DNA from: a virus
Taxonomy: Duplodnaviria; Caudoviricetes
DNA: 37,988 bases
IMG/VR virus record: IMGVR_UViG_3300033407_000065
Coordinates: 1-37,988 of that record
Reading direction: 5' to 3' (one strand)
Of the stretch, positions 25,875 to 32,418 are shown in pieces (positions within the stretch are counted from its first letter, which is position 1; each line of letters opens with the position of its first letter). The notes under the pieces are model-generated. The model was not told the origin of the DNA, ran no database searches, and worked only from the letters and a program-made list of their open reading frames with translations. The translations under genes and the position numbers were made by a program.

Positions 25875-26657
25875 TTAATCCATTCTCGATGACAGACCCT
25901 TGAAAAAGATCTTGCCCGCCTCGCGGTCGTCCTCGGTGAGGCCTGCGCCCAGCTTGGGGCGCTCGGGCCTGCGGGGCATGCGGGCGATGAGTTCGCGCGC
26001 TTCGGGCCAGCCTTCGAAGCCCGTTAAAAGGGCCTGGAAGGCTGATTTAATGCGGGGTGCGTCAACCTCCTCGATGTCGACGTTGCGGCTTCGCAGCAGC
26101 GTCTCCCAGAGCCCGGCGGTGAGGGTGACGGTGTCGGCGCCGGGGGCGCCCTGGCGGTTGTCGGCCAGCAGGGCGGCGAGGCCCTGGGCGATTTCGATGC
26201 GCAGCCAGTCGTTACCGGCCCAGTCGGCGAGCAGGGCGATGGCCTGGGCGCGTTTGCCGGATGGACGAATCCCCCCCGTCCCCCCTTTGTCAAAGGGGGG
26301 TGGCGAAGCCGGGGGAATTTGCACCGATTCGAGCACTCTTTTGAGGTAATTGTGATTGCTCATCGGCTTGATGTGTCCGCCGTCACGCTTGGCTCTGAGC
26401 GCCTCGACGGTCTCGGAGAGGGCGGCGCCCAGGGCGCGCGGATCGGCGCCGAGCTCCAGCACCTCGCGGGCGATTCGAGCGGCCCGGTCAAACGAGAGCG
26501 CCCGGCTCTTGCTTCGGAAGAGGCCCAGATACGCCACCAGGGGGCGGGCCACCGGGCCAGCCTGGGCGATCAGTACCAGCAGCTCTCCCGAGGCTTCGCC
26601 TTCCATGGCGGCCTCAAGGGGGAACTTCGAGTGGCAGCAGGGGCAGGTCAGGTTCAT
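25875..26657 (-). CDS. Conserved Mu-like phage protein with N-terminal CPxC motif
   Basis: MNLTCPCCHSKFPLEA...YLGLFR...L...NHNYLKRVL, two domains. Confidence 0.75.
   Translation of the reverse strand: MNLTCPCCHSKFPLEAAMEGEASGELLVLIAQAGPVARPLVAYLGLFRSKSRALSFDRAARIAREVLELGADPRALGAALSETVEALRAKRDGGHIKPMSNHNYLKRVLESVQIPPASPPPFDKGGTGGIRPSGKRAQAIALLADWAGNDWLRIEIAQGLAALLADNRQGAPGADTVTLTAGLWETLLRSRNVDIEEVDAPRIKSAFQALLTGFEGWPEARELIARMPRRPERPKLGAGLTEDDREAGKIFFKGLSSRMD
26268..26319. repeat. REP/MITE-like palindromic element inside a CDS
   Basis: AATCCCCC...CCCCCCTTTGTCAAAGGGGGG...GGGGGAATT nested inverted repeat. Confidence 0.55.
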
Positions 26658-27340
26658 GCCAGGCGCAGCCTTTCATCACCGTTCACCCCGGCGTGGAGCT
26701 GAGCGTCTCTGCCCTTGGCGGCTCCGGCGGCCACGGATCCGGTTTCGTGAGCCTTGAGCTCTTTCGATTTGCGGGTTCTACCTTCCTTCAGGTTCAACTC
26801 TTCCCGCTCCTTCCAGGTGGCGATAGCGGCTTCCTGCTCTTTGTGGATCGCCAGCTTGCGGACCTTCTTGCTTACCTGCCAGACCCAGGCCTCACAGAAG
26901 GCATCGGCTCGGCGGGTTTTCGTGGCAGGCTTACAGCGCTTGAGGGTGGCGATGTGCTCGCGGCGATCCTTCTCCAGCTGGCGGCGCAGCACGTCGAAGG
27001 CGTATCCGGCCAGCTCGGCGGCGGAGTCGATACCCACGAAAGAGACGGTCGACTCCCAACTGCTCCAGCCGACAGCTTTGGCCGTGATAAAAACGTGACA
27101 CCCGAAGGCGTCGGCCACCATGTTGGACAGAAACTGCATGTGCCGGGCCGGGGTCTTTGCCTTGGCCATGGGGCCGGTATGGGCGTTGACGTCGGAGGCC
27201 TGCACGTCGGTCATGCTCAGGTTATGCTCGGTCATGAGGCGCTGGGCATGCTCCATCGCCAGGGCGGCCTCATGGACGTTGGCTGACTTCGACAGTGCCA
27301 GCAGTTTCTTGATTCGCCCGATGTGTTTGTCTTGGTCCAT
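26654..27340 (-). CDS. DUF2786 domain protein
   Basis: RIKKLLALSKSANVHEAALAMEHAQRLMTEHNL...A.YAFDVLRRQL...ADAFCEAWV. Confidence 0.88.
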   Translation of the reverse strand: MDQDKHIGRIKKLLALSKSANVHEAALAMEHAQRLMTEHNLSMTDVQASDVNAHTGPMAKAKTPARHMQFLSNMVADAFGCHVFITAKAVGWSSWESTVSFVGIDSAAELAGYAFDVLRRQLEKDRREHIATLKRCKPATKTRRADAFCEAWVWQVSKKVRKLAIHKEQEAAIATWKEREELNLKEGRTRKSKELKAHETGSVAAGAAKGRDAQLHAGVNGDERLRLA

Positions 27341-27348
27341 GGGCCCCC

Positions 27349-27609
27349 CTATCGTTTTGCTGCCGCGCGAACCAGTTCAACGCGGCGGAACATTTCTGAA
27401 GCGCTGAGGCCAACAAAGGTGCGACAGCAAAATTCGTCTAAAAACGTCGAGATAGATGAACCTCGGCCTTCTACCTGAAGCCAAGTTTCATATTCAGTCG
27501 CATTTCGCAGGACCACCAGTCTTTCACGGCTTTCTTGCGCCTTGGCCGCTTCTCTTTCCCGTCGTTCCAGAATCAATCGCCGCTCTGAATCGGTCAGATC
27601 CACTTCCAC
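27349..27609 (-). CDS. Hypothetical protein
   Basis: 86 aa, GGAGG RBS, fills the operon gap, lower GC. Confidence 0.6.
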   Translation of the reverse strand: MEVDLTDSERRLILERREREAAKAQESRERLVVLRNATEYETWLQVEGRGSSISTFLDEFCCRTFVGLSASEMFRRVELVRAAAKR

Positions 27610-27616
27610 ACCTCCC

Positions 27617-27718
27617 TCAATCGTTCAAAATCAGATGAAACATCCACAGGGCCAGAAATGTCCCCGGGCTGTAAGCGTCGAAGAACAACCCACCGGCAAG
27701 CAACACCACGGTGTACAT
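27617..27718 (-). CDS. 33-aa hydrophobic small protein (not in ORF track)
   Basis: MYTVVLLAGGLFFDAYSPGTFLALWMFHLILND. GGGAG RBS, starts 2 nt after the gemA stop. Confidence 0.55.
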   Translation of the reverse strand: MYTVVLLAGGLFFDAYSPGTFLALWMFHLILND

Positions 27719-27719
27719 G

Positions 27720-28178
27720 CTACTTCTCCCCGCTCAAATCCCAGCCTTCGCGCTCGGCCTGCTTGCGCAGGGCGGTGATGACCCGGTAGAGGTCTGCATC
27801 GGTCACCCAGGCGATCTTGTCGACCTTGCAGATCTTTTTTGCCAACACGTCTGCGTAGCTCCAGGGGCGCTTGCCCACGGTCAAGAGGGCCTCGATTTTC
27901 TCCAACTGCTTGGCGCGGCTGACCTGGTGATGGCCCTGGGCCTTTTGGGGATCCATGTTCTTCGGGCGGCCCTTGGTTTTGGCGGAAAAGCCGAGCCGGG
28001 TCAGGTGCTCCAGCACTTGCACCAGCTGCCGGTCGGTGAGGTCGGCGCAGGACTGCTTGCCGGTGACGCCGTGGAGCATGGCGCGGTAGTCCTCATCGCT
28101 CATGCCGAGTTCTTTTTGGGCGATGTGGATCTTGCTCAGCATGGGGTTGCGGCGGGGCGTGAATTTACGCTTTGCCAT
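27720..28178 (-). CDS. gemA: GemA / Mu gp16 (DUF1018)
   Basis: SKIHIAQKELGMSDEDYRAML..VTGK.SCADL...GF...KIEALL...W.YA. Confidence 0.9.
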   Translation of the reverse strand: MAKRKFTPRRNPMLSKIHIAQKELGMSDEDYRAMLHGVTGKQSCADLTDRQLVQVLEHLTRLGFSAKTKGRPKNMDPQKAQGHHQVSRAKQLEKIEALLTVGKRPWSYADVLAKKICKVDKIAWVTDADLYRVITALRKQAEREGWDLSGEK

Positions 28179-28317
28179 GGTCATCTCCCATCTCGGGCAT
28201 CTGATAGGGCTTGCGCTCGGCGTACTCCTGTTTTTTACCCTTGTTCCACTGGCAGACGGGGCGGAAGAAACCGCAGACGCGGGACCAAACTTCGGTTTTG
28301 GCGGTGCATTTCTTCAT
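28165..28317 (-). CDS. 50-aa stand-alone NrdD C-terminal glycyl-radical-like peptide (not in ORF track)
   Basis: MKKCTAKTEVWSRVCGFFRPVCQWNKGKKQEYAERKPYQMPEMGDDHGKA. ATGA-coupled to the upstream gene and overlaps the gemA start. Confidence 0.85.
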   Translation of the reverse strand: MKKCTAKTEVWSRVCGFFRPVCQWNKGKKQEYAERKPYQMPEMGDDHGKA

Positions 28318-28733
28318 CCGATGACCTCCAGAATCTCGATACTCTCGAACGTTTGCTGGTAGTGCCGACGGATGGCCGTGGCGCTGGGCCAGGTGAGATC
28401 GAAAAAGTGGATTTTCCTGTCCGGGTCGAAAAATGGGCCCAGCTCCTCGCGGAGACGCTTGGGTGTTTTTTGAAGCATTGCGCGCTCCTTTGGTTTGTGC
28501 GCAAAACGGGAAACCGGCCGCAGATAGCGCTGCTCGGGGTGGTGGTTCTCAGAAGACACCCAAGCACCCTTCATGACGCCGTCGACGTAGGTTCCGATAC
28601 CCAGGCGGTTTTTACTCACCAGGGCACGCTGGAAGGTGACCTCACGACCATCGACCTTGAGCTTGACCATGCCGTAGGTGCCCGAGAGAGCCTTTTCGAT
28701 ACGGGTCCAGTCTTCCTTGTTCAGCTTGCTCAT
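28314..28733 (-). CDS. Conserved Mu-like hypothetical protein
   Basis: True start MSKLNKEDW at 28733 (ATGA overlap). V.L.VDG..VT...YVDG..KG.W pattern. Confidence 0.75.
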   Translation of the reverse strand: MSKLNKEDWTRIEKALSGTYGMVKLKVDGREVTFQRALVSKNRLGIGTYVDGVMKGAWVSSENHHPEQRYLRPVSRFAHKPKERAMLQKTPKRLREELGPFFDPDRKIHFFDLTWPSATAIRRHYQQTFESIEILEVIG

Positions 28734-28942
28734 GAGCGGCGCTCCTTCTCCTTGTCGATAGCAGTCACGGCGCGAACCTCGACCAGCAGGGCGGGATCGC
28801 GCTCGACCTGGCGGTACCATTCCAGCGGGACGGTGATGCCGAGGCTGAGGTAGGCGACGCCTGCCTGAATGTCGTTGCGCTTGTGCACATTGACGGAGCG
28901 GCAGAGCTGCGGGAATTGCGCGGGATTGCGTTTTGTGGCCAT
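28730..28942 (-). CDS. Hypothetical protein
   Basis: 70 aa, GGAGG RBS, coupled to the downstream gene. Confidence 0.6.
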   Translation of the reverse strand: MATKRNPAQFPQLCRSVNVHKRNDIQAGVAYLSLGITVPLEWYRQVERDPALLVEVRAVTAIDKEKERRS

Positions 28943-28968
28943 GGGCCCTCCATCTGCCCTCCTGGTTG

Positions 28969-29007
28969 AAAAAGTCCCCCTGCGCGAGAGGAGGGGCTCG
29001 CGCAGGG
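28969..29007 (-). terminator. Terminator-like hairpin after the ribozyme
   Basis: CCCUGCGCGAG-loop-CUCGCGCAGGG followed by GGACUUUUU. Confidence 0.55.
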
Positions 29008-29021
29008 CAGTGCTGCTGACT

Positions 29022-29101
29022 GTGGCTGCTCGTCAGGCCCCGGGCACCACCCCGGGACGACCCACCACTTTGCCGACGTCGGCAAAATGGTGGGTTTCGC
29101 A
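29022..29101 (-). ncRNA. Type II hammerhead ribozyme
   Basis: UGC-GAAA-[stem III]-UC-[stem I, loop GUGGUG]-CUGACGA-GCA-GCCAC. Complete catalytic core, GUC cleavage triplet and pseudoknot partner. Confidence 0.9.
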
Positions 29102-29105
29102 TGGT

Positions 29106-29417
29106 TCAGATGCTATTCAACCTCTCGACAACTTCAGCCTGAAGGGGACCATTAAATTCGATCGCCCAGTTACCCACCAGCACCTCGGGGTGAATCTCTG
29201 CCACAGCTTCCCACAGGTCGAAATGGGCAGCCCTATCTTGGCCAGCCTTTGCGGCACTGTATTTGTCGCCCAGCTCCCGAATGCGGCGTACCTTGTCGGT
29301 AGGTATTCTGAGGCGGCGTCCTTCGGGTTTCTTCATAGCGACGGGCTTCTTCTTCCAGAAATTCCTGTAGCAGAAGGCTTTTCCCCATGCCTTCAAACTG
29401 GCTTTAAACTTCGTCAT
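29106..29417 (-). CDS. Hypothetical protein
   Basis: 103 aa, ATGA-coupled, with RBS. Confidence 0.65.
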   Translation of the reverse strand: MTKFKASLKAWGKAFCYRNFWKKKPVAMKKPEGRRLRIPTDKVRRIRELGDKYSAAKAGQDRAAHFDLWEAVAEIHPEVLVGNWAIEFNGPLQAEVVERLNSI

Positions 29418-29533
29418 GCGACAGCCTCCCCTTGCTCTATTTCCTCTTGCTCAGCCTCCAGCTGCTCGATGACCTCCTCCGGCACGGCGGCCGGGCAGCT
29501 GTACTCCTGATATCCGATAGTGATTCCCATCAT
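29414..29533 (-). CDS. 39-aa acidic small protein
   Basis: MMGITIGYQEYSCPAAVPEEVIEQLEAEQEEIEQGEAVA. GAGGGGGG RBS, coupled to the next gene. Confidence 0.5.
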   Translation of the reverse strand: MMGITIGYQEYSCPAAVPEEVIEQLEAEQEEIEQGEAVA

Positions 29534-29547
29534 GGTGATTCCCCCCC

Positions 29548-30168
29548 TCAGACCGCTGCCAGATCGAGGCTGATCTGCTTGTAGCTGCCGTCCTTCTGCC
29601 GCTCGTAAATGCGCAGGTAGGTGCTGGAGCCAACGACCTGGAGGCTCTCTTTGATGGCGTCCATGGCGCGTTTCCAGCGGGGGTCGTCGATGTCGTAGCG
29701 CTGCAGGGTGAGGATGCGGCGGATATCGAGCTTGCCCTCTTGGTTGACGGCGAAGGCGTCGTTGATGAGCACATGCAGGTTCTCGTTGCTGCCCTTGGCC
29801 CAGTCGTTGATGCACTCGTCGATGAGGGCCTTGGCGGCCTGGAGACCCTCGTCGAAGGTGAGGTGCTGGGCCTTGTCGCGGCGCACCTTGTAGCGGCCGT
29901 CATAGCTGAGCAGCTGCAGGTTGCCCTTGGCGCCGCCGAGCTTGACGCCGTACCGCTCGGCGGAGAGGTCGACCAGGGCGTCGATGTCGCCCAGGGCGTG
30001 CAACTTGAACTCGGCGAGCTCGGCGTGGTGTTGCTTGGCTGCCCTGACGATGTGGCGCACCAGGCTGTCGCGCTCTTTGTCGATGGGGCGCACCTTCTCG
30101 ATGCGGGTAAGGCGGCCCTGGGCGTCTTCCATGTATCCGGAGGGGATCTGCTTCTCTACGGTGCTCAT
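29548..30168 (-). CDS. DUF3164 family Mu-like phage protein
   Basis: Start MSTVEKQIPSGYMEDAQGRL. KGNLQL.SYDG, FDE.LQAAKALIDEC and W.RAMDAI.ES...Y.R.YER. Confidence 0.9.
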   Translation of the reverse strand: MSTVEKQIPSGYMEDAQGRLTRIEKVRPIDKERDSLVRHIVRAAKQHHAELAEFKLHALGDIDALVDLSAERYGVKLGGAKGNLQLLSYDGRYKVRRDKAQHLTFDEGLQAAKALIDECINDWAKGSNENLHVLINDAFAVNQEGKLDIRRILTLQRYDIDDPRWKRAMDAIKESLQVVGSSTYLRIYERQKDGSYKQISLDLAAV

Positions 30169-30169
30169 G

Positions 30170-30307
30170 TCACTTGCTCCTTCTGGGGATGTCGATGGTG
30201 CCGCCGCAGACCATGAGATTGGCGTGGTAGGCGGCTCGGTTGGCTCGGATGCGCCGCTCGCGGCGGAAGTGGATCCAGTTGGTGAGGCGTTCAAAAAAGG
30301 CTTTCAT
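30170..30307 (-). CDS. 45-aa basic small protein (not in ORF track)
   Basis: MKAFFERLTNWIHFRRERRIRANRAAYHANLMVCGGTIDIPRRSK. ATGA-coupled and exactly fills the gap. Confidence 0.6.
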   Translation of the reverse strand: MKAFFERLTNWIHFRRERRIRANRAAYHANLMVCGGTIDIPRRSK

Positions 30308-30696
30308 CGGCGGGGCTCTCTTTCCGGGTTCGCGATCCAATGGTCACCCCGCTGGACGTAGGGGGCGGGCCGGGTGCGGGCGCCGGTTTCCCACCGGTAC
30401 ATGCGGCCCTTGTGGGAGGTGCACAGCCCCGACTGGTTGCGCAGGGGGTCAATCTGCTTGTCGCAGCCCAACACCCCGCAGGCGACCCGCAAGGGCGAGC
30501 CGTGCAGGGAGTTGTGGGGGTTGGCCTGGGCTGCCGCCTGGGCCGCTGCGCTCATCTCCTGCAGCACCGGCCGGGAGCGGCGCCAGCCGCAGAGCATGCA
30601 GCGCACGGTGGCGACGGGCCCGTCGGTTTTGGTGTACTGGATCCGGGCTTCGAGGGCGGCGCGGGAGGCCCCGCATTTTCGGCATTGGATGCTCAT
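30304..30696 (-). CDS. Cys-rich double zinc-finger protein
   Basis: Start MSIQCRKCG at 30696. CxxC...CxxC and CxxxxC...CxxH. Confidence 0.7.
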   Translation of the reverse strand: MSIQCRKCGASRAALEARIQYTKTDGPVATVRCMLCGWRRSRPVLQEMSAAAQAAAQANPHNSLHGSPLRVACGVLGCDKQIDPLRNQSGLCTSHKGRMYRWETGARTRPAPYVQRGDHWIANPEREPRR

Positions 30697-31010
30697 TTCG
30701 GGTTCCTCCTGGTGCAGTGCGGGCAGGTCCGGAACAGCTCGACTGCCTGATGGTTGGTGGCCCGGAAGGGCTTTTTGCGCTCGGAGCTGCAGCGTGAGAG
30801 GGGGATATCCCCCAGCACGGGGCAATCGATGGTGTCGCCGCCGTAGACCTCGGCGACGCGCTCCAGAAAGTTATCGAGTCCGCCTGCGTAGCTGCCCTTG
30901 AGCACCTGGTTGACGGTGCTGGCGCTGTAGCCAAGCTCTTTGGCGACCTTGGCCTGGCTGGATTCGGCTACGCGTTGGCGCAGCAGTTCTAAGCGGTCAG
31001 TTGCTGTCAT
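30693..31010 (-). CDS. XRE-type HTH protein with C-terminal Cys cluster
   Basis: SQAKVAKELGYSASTVNQVLKGSY.G...CPVLG.I...C...C..C, typical after MuB. Confidence 0.82.
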   Translation of the reverse strand: MTATDRLELLRQRVAESSQAKVAKELGYSASTVNQVLKGSYAGGLDNFLERVAEVYGGDTIDCPVLGDIPLSRCSSERKKPFRATNHQAVELFRTCPHCTRRNPK

Positions 31011-31611
31011 GGTCACCTCCGCTCCAGACGACGGCGTTTAAATTCGGATCGAAGACCTGTTTGACCCGCTGGATCTGCGGGGGTTTGGGGCCGGTGTATT
31101 TGCTGGGCAGTAGCCGGTAGATGCCGGGCTGACCTCCCTTGCCTGTGCCGCGGCCTTTTTTCACCAGGGCGAGATACCCGGCCTTGTGAAGGTGTTGGCA
31201 GTAGTACTGGGCGTCTCGCTCATGGCAGAGGCAGTCTTCGGTGCTGGCCGCGATGGCCAGCTCGCGCCAGCTGAACTCGCCCAGGATGCGCATGGTGCGC
31301 CAGAGCTGCTGGCGGCCCTGGCCCTGGGTGACGGTGACGCCGTCGCGGGTGACCCGGGGGGCGTCGATTCCGACATCCTTGACCAGGCGGTAACACTTGG
31401 CGGGGCGATGGTTGAGCCCGGGGGCGGTACCGTCTTCTGCGAGGTAGCCTGCGGCGGTGAGGCCGATCACGTAGTCGCGGATGCTGTTCTCTTCGAGCCG
31501 GGCCTCCATCCAGAGCTCCCGCAGGGTAAAGCGGCGCAGCCGACGGATGGCCACCCAGATGCCCTCGCGGCGCTGCTCGGGGCTGAGCTGGTCGATGGGG
31601 CGGCGGGTCAT
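30997..31611 (-). CDS. Tandem winged-helix DNA-binding protein
   Basis: Start MTRRPIDQ at 31611. Two repeats of W..(I/M)R.L..F...EL...Y...L..AGYL. Confidence 0.8.
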   Translation of the reverse strand: MTRRPIDQLSPEQRREGIWVAIRRLRRFTLRELWMEARLEENSIRDYVIGLTAAGYLAEDGTAPGLNHRPAKCYRLVKDVGIDAPRVTRDGVTVTQGQGRQQLWRTMRILGEFSWRELAIAASTEDCLCHERDAQYYCQHLHKAGYLALVKKGRGTGKGGQPGIYRLLPSKYTGPKPPQIQRVKQVFDPNLNAVVWSGGDHDSN

Positions 31612-32345
31612 GAGAGCCTCCGGGCGGGGGCTTGGCCGGTGTAGAAGTGGCGGTTGCCCCAGTCGGAAAGGCCGATAACCTCCAGCCCCTGGCTCAGGGC
31701 TTCTTCCTGGATGCGCTCCAGGTTGACGCAGATGCGCCGGACGGATCCGCTGCTGGCCTTGTGGACGGCGGCGATGAGATCGCGCTCGACGGTGACCTCG
31801 CGGCAGTAGAGCCGGGCGAGATGGGTGGCATCGTCGATGTCGGCGGGCTGGGCGGGCACCCAATCGAGGATCCGGCCGTGGAAGCGCTCCCATTTCTCGA
31901 GCTTCTTAGGCAGCATCTCTTCGCCGATGAGCAAAATGGCGGCCTTGGAGCCCTCGTAGAGGTCGCGGATGACCTCGACGGCGGACTTTTCCACCAGGTG
32001 GTCCATCTCATCGATGATGAGGGGGCGCCCCGAGAGGGCGAGCTGCTCGCAGATGGCGTCGGTCATGGCGTAGATGGTGCGGGGAGTCGCAACGCCCATT
32101 TCCTTGAGCACTTCCTGCAGCACGGCTTTGCGGCTCCAGGTGCTCTTGCATTCGATGTAGTAGGCCTGGTGCCGGTTGGCCGAGTAAGAGGCCGCGAAGC
32201 TCTTGCCGAACCCGGAGGGGCCGTAGAAGCAGACCATGCCGGGCAGGTGGCGAGGGCGGTCCATGGCCTTCTGGAGCGCCTCGCTGCAGAGCGAGACGTT
32301 GACCAGGGGGGCGATGGTGTTGCTTTGTGACGCGGGGTGGTGCAT
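31608..32345 (-). CDS. MuB-like AAA+ transposition ATPase
   Basis: Walker A GPSGFGKS, Walker B LIIDE, follows the transposase. Confidence 0.93.
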   Translation of the reverse strand: MHHPASQSNTIAPLVNVSLCSEALQKAMDRPRHLPGMVCFYGPSGFGKSFAASYSANRHQAYYIECKSTWSRKAVLQEVLKEMGVATPRTIYAMTDAICEQLALSGRPLIIDEMDHLVEKSAVEVIRDLYEGSKAAILLIGEEMLPKKLEKWERFHGRILDWVPAQPADIDDATHLARLYCREVTVERDLIAAVHKASSGSVRRICVNLERIQEEALSQGLEVIGLSDWGNRHFYTGQAPARRLS

Positions 32346-32418
32346 GATTCCTCCTTACGGTGTATGAGGCCCGTCAGGGCCGTGTTGGAGCCGCGTGGCA
32401 GCGCGGCTCTTTCATTTT

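Noticed and set aside
32346-32418. Two small hairpins between the MuA and MuB genes containing CUGACG and GAAA
   Set aside because: The core is incomplete (CUGACGG, no valid stem II or cleavage junction), so it is not a second hammerhead. Probably ordinary mRNA structure.
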